From positions 496,001-560,000 of the forward strand of contig MU058221.1 in assembly GCA_013265495.1 (NCBI GenBank): a stretch of 64,000 nucleotides of DNA. The letters are read 5' to 3'. Numbering within the stretch: the stretch's first letter is position 1; the number at the start of each line of letters is the position of its first letter. The stretch is from Vicugna vicugna. Lineage: Eukaryota. The notes beneath the pieces are model-generated. The model searched no databases and had not been told where the DNA came from. It worked only from the letters and a program-made list of their open reading frames with translations. A program made the position numbers and the translations under genes. This document shows, in pieces, positions 37,161 to 49,430 of the stretch.

Positions 37161-37599
37161 TTAAAAGATTCCTTAGAAGCAGTAATCATGCTATGAAAGG
37201 TGTTTACATGTATGGTCTGTACTTTCTTGCTATAATTTACTCCTCCAGCCACAGCAGTTGGAACGCTCTCTACCACTCTTGTGAGCCCCAGACTTCTACA
37301 CCCCACTGCCCTCTGGGGGGCAGTTGTATTCCCTGCAGGAATGTGATCTTCCAAACAGCACAAAAGGAACTTACTGCTTCTGTCTCACATCTCCTTCTCC
37401 TCTATTATGTATGTCAATGAACAGCCATAAAATACATTTGTTCCTTTAAGCCAAAAGTGTGAGCATCAGCCTTATTATCTTGCTTGTCTTCTTCCTTCAC
37501 ACACAACCCCACACACCAAAAACCAAACAGCTTACCCCTCTTGCACGTCTCCTGTACCTTTTCATACTCGGGGCCATTATTTAGTACATCATCCTCTCG

Positions 37600-38142
37600 T
37601 GCCTGGGCTGTTCCTATAGATTCATCATTGATTGTTCTCATTTCTGTAATACCCATCGTCAATCCAAATTCTATACTCAGCCATCAAGAGAACATACGAT
37701 TGCATCACTCTCCAGCCTAAAATGCTAATGTGGCCTCTGATGCCCTTCAAGATTGGCCACTGCTTGTCTCCTGGGTCTCATTTCGTTTCACCCCTGCACA
37801 CGCCCGTCACATCAGCCTCCATCCTGTTTCACGCATGCTCTTACTTACCTCTTTGAACATGCTGTCGCCACTTGGTGAGTCACACCTTCCTGATTCCTCT
37901 CCTTTCTCCCCTTTGACTCACACATCCACACCACCTCCTCCAGGCAGCCTTCTCTGACGCAGAAATCTAGATAAAACGTCTTCTCAGGGACTCTTAAGAT
38001 GCTGTACCTCCCTCCTCACAGTGCTCTCAACATTGTATTGAATTCTCCACTTATTTTATTTTTTTCAAAAACACTGAAAGGGAGACATAGGTCCCCGATG
38101 CGTAAGAGGCAGGAATCACCCTGTAAGCATCTAATGAATGAA
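37600..38142 (+). mobile_element. L2 relic
   Basis: gattgcatcactctccagcctaaaatgc...ctttgaacatgctgtc...cctcctccaggcagccttctctgac...tgaatgaa tail. Confidence 0.55.
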
Positions 38143-39877
38143 GGGAAAGAGGAGAACACATTCTCTCTGAGAACGAAAAGTGACACCTTGCTGTGAATCA
38201 TGCACGCATGTGTTCACCTCCAGGGCTGAATGAGTGGGAGGTAAAGAAGACAAGAGAAGCTCAACGCTATTGCGTTCCGTTCTGTTTTAAAAGTATAGTC
38301 ACATTCATCTACTGAACATTTTGTCAGAATTCTAGGGTATTAAGTTAGGAACTGAGAAGTGCTCTTCCACATGCACTCAGGTCAACTTGAGAAGACCAGG
38401 CAGGAAATTTACCAAAGGCAAATAGAAAGATCTTCACAACGAATGAAGAGATTAAAAAAAAATACGTGTTCATGAAGGTGTAGGTCTGTCACTGGGGACA
38501 CTTAATTGTGCTCTTCAGCTCGGGTGTAAGGAAGACGATAACAGATTACAGGGTTTCTACAGAGCTAGTGTGGGAGGCTGTTGTGGGGTTCCTACAAGAG
38601 GCTGCACGGTTTGCAGATGTAGGAATCACCCTGTGAATGTAAGATTCAAGGATCTGAAAGCCTTAATTTAGGTTTAGGGCAGGTGTGTGTTTGTCCAAGG
38701 TCATGGGCAGAATAGATAGTAAGACATTATGACATACTGATTATTACAAAATAAATATAATTACCTAAAAGAGACTCTTACCCAGAGAAATCACTTCATA
38801 GTTGTCCTTGTATCTTTGTAAACAGAGGATAGAACATGCAAGTAACTTCAGCTCCAAGGAAAGCCTTCATAACAAAGCGCCTGGAATACCTAAACGTTAC
38901 TTCGTACATTTTCCTGAGGAGAGAAGATGCATGCTTATAGGTCTCCGAGTAACAACCTTCCCAGTGAAGAAAGTTTTGCTGTGAAAATGTCACCATCATA
39001 AAATGTATCATTTTTATTTTGGCGGATTGAAAATGGCTCAGAAAAAGGCACCGGACAATATTGGTGAAAATGAGGAGTCAAGGGTTGCGGCGAACGTGCA
39101 ACGCGGTTGGTGGCAGAAAGATAACCTCTGGTGTAATGTGGATTATGACACGAATTTCCGTAGAATTACAAGCAGCATTGGATTACAAAGACTTTTTAAC
39201 TTTAATGTCTATTAGGCGCTGAAAAAAAAGCCCCGTGTATCTGCAATGCAATCTTTTTCAAAGCCTTGACATAAACTTCAAGAACAAAAAGCACACACAA
39301 AAAAAATAGAACGTTGACTAATAAATGTGGGTAACATTTGGGATAAAAAATGAGGCATGTCAAGCAATCATTCTGAGTGATGAAAAACGTGCATACATTT
39401 TTTTCCAAAGAAACATTACAGAAGACTGGGTTTTTTTTTTAAATCACAACAGTGAAACTGTTTTTTTTAAAACTTTGAATTCATTCATGGTATGCAACCA
39501 TAACTGTATCCACAACTGAGAAATTGTGGCAAAAATTTCCTATATTCCTTCTCACGCTTGTACGCTACTCAACTTCTCTTTAAAAAATAAAGGTTTCTTT
39601 TAGAATAATAATACTATTTTAACTTTTAAAACTTCTACTTGAAATCCTGATACAGTGTCGCATTTTGCCATGTTTCCCAAACATAGACACATTGCACCTT
39701 AGCTCCATGGGTAATGAATACTTTAGAAGCGGATTATTTCCTTGGACTTCAATGCTTTCCTAAAAGACGGTTGAAAGTCTTTTGGGTAGGAAATATTAAA
39801 AGGAAGTCAGACTCCTAATTATGCTACATGTGCCTGATATAAGCATTCGTTCATAAATTAATACACCTTTTTAGCTC

Positions 39878-40229
39878 TGCATTATCTTTATAACGTCCCC
39901 TAAAATCTACATGCTGAAACTGAACTCCCAATGTGATGGTGTCTGGAGGCGGGGCCTTTGGGAGACGATGAAGTTATGAGGAGGGAGCCTTCACGAATGG
40001 GATTAGTGACTTATAAAGAGACCCAGACGGCTCCCCCCACGTCTGCCACGTGAGGACACAGCGAGGAGACAGAGGTCTGTGAACTGGGAAGATGGCTTGC
40101 ACCAGGCGCCAAATCTCCTGTGGCTTATGTCGCACTTCCCAGCATCCAAAACTGCGAGAGATAAATTTCTACTGTTCCTAAGCCACCAATCTACAGTAGT
40201 TATTACAGCAGCCCTAACAGACTAAGACA
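39878..40229 (+). mobile_element. MaLR solo LTR (MLT1A0-like)
   Basis: cccaatgtgatggtgtctggaggcggggcctttggg...aatgggattagtgacttataaagagacccaga...gcagccctaacagactaagaca. Confidence 0.9.
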
Positions 40230-42899
40230 TAACTATACAGGCAAATTCAAATCATAACAAACGTACGAGAAATATAAAAACCATTCTCACTTGCTTGGAA
40301 ACAAGATGTCCAGTGTTTCTGTGTGTTTGGAAATAAGGTTATAGACTAGATATGCAAGCACAGGTTAGACTTTAAAAAAGGCAGGTAAGACGAAGTACAA
40401 AGGACGGGAAAGCTAGGGCCCACAGCTTGCCTGGGGTAACAAGAGCCAGGAAAGTGAACACACTGGATTTAAGCCAGGTCCTTCTAAGCAATGGTTATTA
40501 TAAACTAAGTATACTAATGTGGAAATAATCATGTGTTTTGTAAAGCTTCAATTTACTAACATCATGCAAAAAATATTCATGTCTAACTTAGGGCCTCAAT
40601 CCATCTTATCTAAATCATATTTGCATGTTCAAGGAATCAATTTACAAATAAAACTGATGAATGAGATGTCTTTGCACAGATAGACACATGGACAAATTGA
40701 GAGGCACTTGTGAACCCCCATGCACGCGGACACGCAGACCCATATGCGAAGATGCAAGAAGCACTCTGATTTTGATAGCCTGGTTCGGAGGGCACCTGCC
40801 TATCTGAAGAAGGAGCAGTGCAGTGTATACGGCACAGCCACTCATCACCGTACCACTTACGCCTGACTTTGAAAATGTGGTTTTTATTCTGAGATGTGAG
40901 GGAAGGGGCACATGTACACGAGCTTCTTGGCCATGACAGAACAAAAGGAAGGAATTTCAACGTGACTCCTCCTCAGATGGAAAAAAAAAAATTATGAGCT
41001 GCCCCAGTCTTTGTATGGCCTGGACTGGAACACCTTTTTAAATTATACAGTTGACTTTTGCAGTTTTCTCTTTTTGCAGCTCATAACAGGACAGAGAGGA
41101 GGGAAATTTTGACTTAAGACAGAGATGCCCCAAATACTGTGAGAGCTGTAAACTGCAGGGCAGCAGCGAGCAATCCTCATCGCAAAGCGGGAAATCCAGT
41201 CAGTGACAAAAGGGACAGGACTGGCTTTGTTTCTTCCTGCCCCATTACTTACTGTTACTGTGAGCAGGAAACCTTACAATGGAGGGGTGACAAATACGCC
41301 TTAGCCTGCGGTCCTTTTGTGCCCATAAACCCTTTTCAGCATTTAATTAGATTGCAGATGTGTGTAACCTGTATGTCTGAACCCTTGTCATGTGACAAAC
41401 CCAAGTCTTTTTTAATTTTAATTTTTCAGTTCTAATTTTGATTATTTTTAATTTTAATCTCTTTCGTTGAAGTCTGTTGGACCTATTTGCAGAGGAAGTT
41501 TAATAATCTTTCACTAATTTGAAATACTTTATTTTAGGATGTCTCATCTTTTTTCATTTATCTGATTTCCATTTCCAGTAGAATGGGTCATAGTAATTTC
41601 ATCTGGAACCAATTCCTCTGTCTGATTATGATTCTGCAGGTGTTACGTAGTAACTTAATAATAGTTCTCAGGCAGCTAAATCACCAGAGCCAATTTATAG
41701 TGGAAATGCATGTGGAATAATATATTGCTGCTCCACTGAATTTCAAAGCAATTTATTATGATTAATAATATTAAAATAGCAATAGGAGAAAGTAATAATT
41801 ATTTGCCACAAGTTATAAGGACACATTGAATAGTTTTAATCTTACTGTACTTAAATATTGAACTGAAAGTAAATTCAGCAATACTCAGTAATGAGATCTG
41901 AGATTCATAATAATACCATTAATCATCACTAGATTTTGTACATTTTATGGCAAAGACTACCTGATATTTGGTGGATTTGATTTAAAATATTTTACTGAAT
42001 TTAAATTAAGCTATCTGTGTGAGATTTGAAGCCTGTGGTGATTAAGTCTTTACAAAAGCCATATTTGTTTTAAGTGATTGACGGTTTAATTCCTTCTGCT
42101 GAATATTTCATGTGTTCACTTAAATCCAACTATTTCATACAATTAAGAGAGACAGAGGGTTTTGGGGGGAAAAATAAACAGTGTTTTAGCTAGTAAAAAT
42201 ACACAAACACCTACTTGTCTGTTTCTTAGATATGCTCGGCTCTGGGGGGCAACATTAAATCTGGGTGCATTTTAAGCATGAGTTCAAATAAATTGATAGC
42301 TTTTAAGTTTCTGGCTCGGTATTAAAGACTTCAGATATAAGTATAGAGAAGTCAGCTGCTCACTTTTGTGAAATTCCCCATAAAGTAAATGTGAACTAAA
42401 TACAATACAATGTAAAACCTTCTCCACCAGGAGCTGGAGCAAAAACCCCAAAGAAAGAACAATTCTTTCCGCTTGGATAGTTCGCAGAGCACTTCATAGA
42501 TGAGATAACATTTTCAGCCAGACTTGATGGATGAAAAGAATTTCAGCTGTTGAGGGCAGCATGGAAAACATGCCAAAACTATCAGTAGAGAAATGGCAAT
42601 GTCAGTGACCACAGAGTGTGGAAAGAGCTCTTCCCTCCCGTGCAGTCTCTTTGTGTTTCATTGACTTATCTGTAAATTGTGTTGCTTCCCTGTTTCTGTG
42701 ACAATTTGCTCGTATCTGAGAGAATTATCATCACTGAACACATTGAGACAGTGGAAACCACCCTGTGGTATTATGAACACATTATTTATTTTTATAGAAA
42801 ATACTTACGATAATATTAGAAAAATATAGAAAATGCAACAACTGTTTCAACAGAAAAGAGGTAAGCCGCATCACCATCGACTCTTCAAGGTCACGGGCT

Positions 42900-43068
42900 G
42901 TGGCGAGGAGCGTAGCTCAGTAGGGTGCGTGCTTGTGCACGAGGTCCTGGGTTCGGTCTCCAGAACCTCCGTTAAAAAATAAATAAATAACCTAATTGCA
43001 ACCCACTCCCCCTCCAATAAAAAAAAAAAAAAGAAAAAAGTGTTTTAAATTAAAACAGTTTTTTGTAA
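42900..43068 (+). mobile_element. Camelid tRNA-derived SINE (Vic-1-like)
   Basis: gaggagcgtagctcagtagggtgcgtgcttgtgcacgaggtcctgggttcggtctccagaacctcc, then an A-rich tail with cctaatt. Probable 13-bp TSD. Confidence 0.9.
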
Positions 43069-45214
43069 AAGATCATAGACTAAGACTCATTATAGCCAAA
43101 ATTAAGAGCCTCGGGGAAAGAAATCAGTAGGAAAAATAAGAGATAAGATAGTAACTGTGTGACATTAGCAGACAGTAAGAAGTCGGCAGTAAGAGGCATA
43201 AGCTTAGCAAGAATGAGTGGGAGCAGAGGCAGGGACACCAGCAAGAAAAGTGGACTCTCCAGGATGGGAAGAGTGGCAGGAGGGGCAGCTCACGGGAAGA
43301 GTGAAGCCCTTGAGACTGCCGAGCGTATCTATGAGAGCTCCGAAATCCTTCAACGGCTTTCTCAAAATAAAAAAATAAAAAAAAAAAGGGAAGAGCAACC
43401 CATAGATCTGAAGAATAGTCTAGAAGTTCATTTCAGAGGCCTCTATGGGACCACGGCATTTTAGCTCATGTGCACCTGAGGGCACGTCCCCCAGGCACTG
43501 CAGGTTCTGGGGTGGAATTGGTCACAGATCCAACATGACCTCACACTTCAGCAGCTCAGTTTAACCAAGCACATGGCCGAAAATCATCCCTGCTTTTAGC
43601 TTCCAAACTCCATCTAATGCACTGTAAATGGCTTGGTGAAGAAAATTCTATTAACCTTCAAAATTGCAAACATGAATATTGTATCTGAATGTAAACAATA
43701 AGGGAAAAAAAAAAAACCCTGAATTCTTTGCTGGATCAAGGCAATACCGATTAATTTGCTTGAAATAATATTGAACCATGGCAGATTTTTATCCAAATCT
43801 TCAGATAACTGTTTCCAAATAGCTTAAAAAACACAAAAACACTACATTGTGTACATAGTTAAATTTGTAATTCTATAATAGTGTTTTTAATGTGAAAAAG
43901 GAAATATTGAGATCTGAGCCAATTCTTACAAAAAATAAATAGACTTTTAAGAGGAGTTGCAATTGAATGTACTTTCAAGAAGGGGTTCTGCCATATTTAG
44001 ATGTTAAACCACACGAAGTCAGGAATTTTATTCTGCTGTTTTGTTCATTGCCAATAAATGTGTGTGAGCTGAATGAATGTAAGCGTGGATAACATATTGT
44101 AAGATTAACTGTAAATGAGAAAGCAACCTTTAAATAAGAGTGCGACTATTTCAAAGAAACAAATTCCTGAATATTATTCTTTTCAAAATGCTAGTAAGCC
44201 TTTCTATTCCAGTATTCTTAAGTTAGATGGTAACTGACGGCTGAGAATCAGGTATCCTCATACTAAAGCAAATACAAGGCAAGCTCACGGTTTTAAACAT
44301 GTCAGTGCGTTAGTTCCTCATAAAAGAAAACTTCAGTGTAAAGTAGTATAGTTTTCCCACACCACTGAAGGCTGTAGAACATTAATGTATTGTTTCCAGA
44401 GTTTAGGTTTACATTTGAATGAAAAGTGACAAATGTCCCCTAATGGGCTGAGTCACAAGTTTGCTGCGTTCGGAGTTGAGCTCAGCTCTTCTGTTCCTAG
44501 ACGCGCATGAAGCTTATCACAGGGACAAGCAATGAAAGTCTCCTGAACATACAAGATGTGGATTGTTTAATGGCGATGTCCTCCACAGTGTTAATAGCTT
44601 ATTGATTGCGGATTAATGAAATGCTGTCTGGAAGCACGTCAGTGTATTTGAATGGAAGCCATTCTGCCTCAGACAGTTACTAGGGTTAGCTTACTTAATG
44701 GCACAGGCTCTTCCCTTCCTGGAAAGAGCTTTGTCATCATCGTTAATACACAGCTTCATTGAGTTATGCAGAAGCTATTCTGCCTAGTATCTGAATGTGC
44801 GTCGTTAACGAAGCCGCAACGAACTCAGGTTTCCCAGATGTCAGGAAAACCTCGCTGTTTTCCTGACAATGTCCTTCCAGACACACCAGACAGATGCATC
44901 CACGTGCTGCCTGTTCTGCTTCATTTCAACACTTTGGAGGAGGAATACGTCAACTCGGTTTAAGAATAGATCCACATATTAGCATTCTTTTCTATGTTAA
45001 GGAAGAAAAAATATAATAAATATGCCACAGACTATTTATGATCATTTTAGCCCAGAGGATTTATACAAAAGTCAACTCAGGGATCAGCTGTTATTTAAAT
45101 AAGATCTAAAAAATTATTAAGTGAAAATGCACATAAATAAGTTATTTTCACTTGTTCCAAAATTTAAAAGTAAACTTACGAGCATCAAGTAATCATAAAA
45201 CTAGAGTGGAGTGT

Positions 45215-45335
45215 TGCATGTTGAGTAGACTTATGGATGTCACCATTTCATAGTATATACAAATATTGATTCATTCCATTGTACACCTGAAACTAATAAA
45301 ATGTTAAATGTATATAAATGTATACATGAAAAAAC
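45215..45335 (+). mobile_element. L1MA9-like 3' tail
   Basis: ccatttcatagtatatacaaatattgattcattccattgtacacctgaaactaataaaatgtta. Confidence 0.7.
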
Positions 45336-45919
45336 AAATTTCAGTGATTAACAGACTAAAAGTTTCTATTCTGTGATTCTGCTGATCAACATACAGATAA
45401 TTTGAATGATAAATGCATACGATAATAATTAAGAGAGATGCTGATTTGAGTCCTGCCTTCTGCTAGTCTTAAGGGTAAACTGTTTTCCACTTATGTTTTA
45501 GACCTCCCAGTTTATTCACAGCACATTTCGTTTCAACTCTACTCTCCATAATGAAAAAAGTACGTCCTCAGTTGATTACAGAACAGGTCACTGGACCACA
45601 TCTTTCTATTCCAAATAAATACTTTCTGGGCTTTTGTCCTCATCATAGGAGAGACACCATTTAAAACATTCAAAGTAAGAACTATTATTTTACTTTCTAA
45701 TATGACAAGAAAATGTATTAACTATTCAAATTTTAAATCTAACTTTAAGAATTTCAGGAGGACTCTTTATTTTTAGTTCCACGATTTACCCCTTAGTCTA
45801 GGGCAGCTTGGATTGTCACACGCCCTTCCTTATAGTTTTAACTGACTTGGCAGTGTTTTAGGTGGTACTCTTGGAAAATGAACTACATGAGGATATAATT
45901 AAGTTCAACCTACTTTCTA

Positions 45920-47707
45920 TTAACAGGTTAGAGGTAAAAGACCTGCACACGGAAAATCATAAAACATCGATAAAAGAAACTGAAGACGATGCGAAGAAAT
46001 GGACAGTCCTTTCTCTTGGACTGGAAGAATCAAAGTGGTTAAAATGGCCGTAGTACCCAAAGCAATCTACAGATTTAATGAAATTCCTATCAAAGTGCCA
46101 CAGACATTTTTCACAGAAATAAAACAAATAACCCTAAAATTCACATGGGACTACACAAGTTCTAAATTATCAAAGCAATCCTGCAGAATGAAAAAGAACA
46201 GCAATGGGGGTAAAATCCTCGCAGGTGTCAGAAGGTGCTGCGAAATGGCAGCAGTCAAAGCCACGTGGCACTGGCACAAAGACAGACGCGTACATCAGGG
46301 CAGCAGCACAGAGAGTTCAGAAATAAACCCACACGCCCGTGGTCGATTAATCTATGACCAATGAGGCAAGGATATACAATGGAGAAAAGACAGTCTCTTC
46401 AACAAGTGGTCCCGGGAGAGCGGAACAGCCGGATGTAAAATAATGAAATTAGAACATCCCTGCAAATCATAAATAAAAGTAAACTCGAAATGCTTTAAAG
46501 ACCTAAACGTGAGACACGACACCATAAAACTCGTGGAAGAGAGTTTTGGTGGAAACCTCTTTGACATAAATTGTAGCAATGTTTTCTTGGCTCAATTTCT
46601 TTTGGCAAACAAATAAATAAATAAAACCAAAAATAAATAAACTGAATCTAATCAGTCTTAAAAGGTTTTGCACAGCAAAGGAAACCATCAACAAAACAAA
46701 AAGACAGAGATGGGAGAAAGTATTTGAAAATGATGCGAGTGACAACAGGTTAATATCCAAAATACAGAAACATCTCATACAGTGCAATGTTGGAGGAAAA
46801 AAATCCAATAAAAAAAATCAAATGACTTAAATAGACCATTTCCCAAAGAAGACGTACAGATAGCTAACAGGTGCATGAAAAGATGTTCCACATCACTAAT
46901 TACTAAAGTAAATCAAAACCACAACGAAACCTCGTACCTGTCAGAGTGGTTATCATGGAAAAGTCTACCAACCACCACAGATGGAAAAGACGTGGAGAGA
47001 AAGAAATGCCTGTGCACTGTTGGTAGGAATGTGAACTGGAGCAGCTACTATGGGCAACAACGTAGAGGTTCCTTACAAAACTAGAGCTCCCGTAAGACCC
47101 AGCAATTCCACTCTTGCCTGTGTGCCTGGAAAAAGTAAAGACTCTAATTTGAAAAGACACACGTACCCCAACGTTCAAGGCAACACTATTTACAATGGCC
47201 AAGACTTGGAAACAACCCAAGCACCCATCAACAGACAATTGGATTAAGAAGGTGTTATAGGTACACACACAAGGTAATATTACTAAGCCATCAAATGAGT
47301 AAAATTCTGCCCTTTGCAGCAATGTGAATAGACCTAGAGAATGTTATGCTCAGTGAAATGATCCAGACGAAAGAAGAATTGTTACATCATATCACTTATT
47401 TGCAGACTCTAAAAAATAATACCAGTGAACGTATACACAGAAGAGAAACACACTCAAAAACAAACTTACGGTGACCAGATGGAGAGGGAGGTGGCAGGGA
47501 CAATTAGGGGTGAGGAACCAAGAGACAGATACAACTGTACATGAAACAGATCAACAAGGAGTTATTGTATAGCCTATGTGGTCATACCCAATATATTGTA
47601 AAACCTATAATGATGTATAACCTGCAAAAAAAAGAAAGATCACTATGCTGTACACTTGAAACTAACTCAGCCTTTTAAATCAACTCTTTTTCGATACAAA
47701 ATACAAA
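45920..47707 (+). mobile_element. L1 fragment (ORF2 3' third and 3' UTR), frameshifted, non-functional
   Basis: ORF 45999-46364 [27 protein letters not shown] matches L1 ORF2 [27 protein letters not shown]. C-terminal pieces at 46875 and 47050. 3' end ctgtacacttgaaactaac. Confidence 0.95.
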
Positions 47708-47917
47708 TAGTTGATCATACCCTAGGTTCTCAATTATATATATATGTATTATGTGCAATATATATTATACATGTTTGCAAAGAAAACATGAGAAGTGGAA
47801 TTACACGAGATCTTTACTTTTCTATGCCATGATTTTATATTTTTGGACACACACACAGGAATACAAGATATCCTTTGCAGGATCACAGTCATTTAACAAT
47901 AATTTCCTGAATGTCAA

Positions 47918-48140
47918 GATAGTATAAAGGTTAAGAGCACTCTAGAATCACACGATGTAAGTTTTAAACATTTTCTAGATGTATTACCTTAAGTGCAAGA
48001 TTTCTTTTTTCCTTTTAAAATAAAATGTGTGTTTGTAATTTAGTCTCTTAAATATATGAACTTATGCCATGCTTACAAAGTTTAAATTTGGAAATATATT
48101 TAAAATGCTTAGTAGAACGTTTGCCATATTATAAACAGTG
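47918..48140 (+). mobile_element. MIR relic
   Basis: gtataaaggttaagagcactctagaatcacac...aaaatgcttagtagaacgtttgccatat. Confidence 0.5.
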
Positions 48141-48542
48141 AATGCTCACCATGTTTACTGAGTAATAAGTATGCATAAATACTGTTCTAGGACTGTGGGG
48201 GGAAGTGAAAGTAAGCCTAGAGGATGATTCACTTTTCCAATGTGATTTTGGAATCAATACTTGTGAAAATATAAAGAGAATGTAAAGTCCTATTTTCAGT
48301 TTGCCCGTCAGCATCCCTGGTGCAAATCTGTTACCCCGTTCCGTATTTTCTTTTTTAGTTATTATAATATCAAGATAACATATTTCCCTTATTGGATAAT
48401 ATAATATATTGACTTTTATGATCATCTAACATTATAAACAGTGCTATTTATTTTCAGATGACACATGTTAATAAATAATTATTTAATGTAATTGAAAATC
48501 TTTGGGCAGTGAGAGGAGGTGCTGCCCAGACATGAAAGAATG

Positions 48543-49430
48543 TTCAACAGACACATGAAAAAATGCTCAGTATCACTAACTATCAGAAAACTGCAAATCA
48601 AAACTACAGTGAGGTATCCTGTCATGCCAGTCAGAATGGCCATCATTCAAAAGTCTACAAACAATAAATGTGGAGAAAAGGGAACCCTCCCACACTGCTG
48701 GTGGGAATGCAGTTTGGTATAACCATTATGGAAAACAGTATGGAGACTCCTCAAAAGACTAAAAATAGACTTACCGTATGATCCAGTAATCCCACTTCTG
48801 GGCATATATCCAGAGGGAACTCTAATGCAAAAAGATACATGCACCCCACAATGTTCATAGCAACACTATTTGCAACAGCCAAGACATGGAAGCAAACTAA
48901 ATGTCCATCAGCAGGTGACTGGATAAAGAAGTTGTGGTATATTTATACAATGGAATAACATTCTGCCTAAAAAAGAATGAAATAATGCCATTGCAGCTAC
49001 ATGGATGGACCTAGAGATCATCATTCTACGTGAAGTAAGCCAGAAAAAGAAGGAAAAATGCCATATGATATCACTCATATGTGGACTCTAAAGAAAAAAA
49101 AAATAGGAAACTATGACCTCATCTAAAAAACAGAAACAGACTCTCAGACTTAGCAAATAATCTTATGGTTGCCAGGGAAAGGGGGTGGGATGGGATAAAT
49201 TTGGGAGCTTGATATTTACAAATGTTAGCCACTATATATAAAAATAGAATTTTAAAAAGTTTCTTTTATTTATAGCACAGGGAACCATGCTCAGTATCTT
49301 GTAATACCTTTAATGGAAAAAATATGAAAATGAATATATGTATGTATATGCAAGACTGGGACCTTGTGCTGCACACCAGAAAGTGACACATGGTAACTGA
49401 TGGTACTTCAATAAAAAAAGAAAAAAAAAA
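48543..49430 (+). mobile_element. Young lineage-type L1, 5'-truncated (ORF2 C-terminus, 3' UTR, poly(A))
   Basis: ORF track gives [24 protein letters not shown]...HCWWEC, the L1 ORF2 cysteine-rich C-terminus. Confidence 0.95.

Noticed and set aside
45999..47247. ORFs with clear protein similarity
   Set aside because: Frameshifted L1 ORF2 remnants, not a gene.
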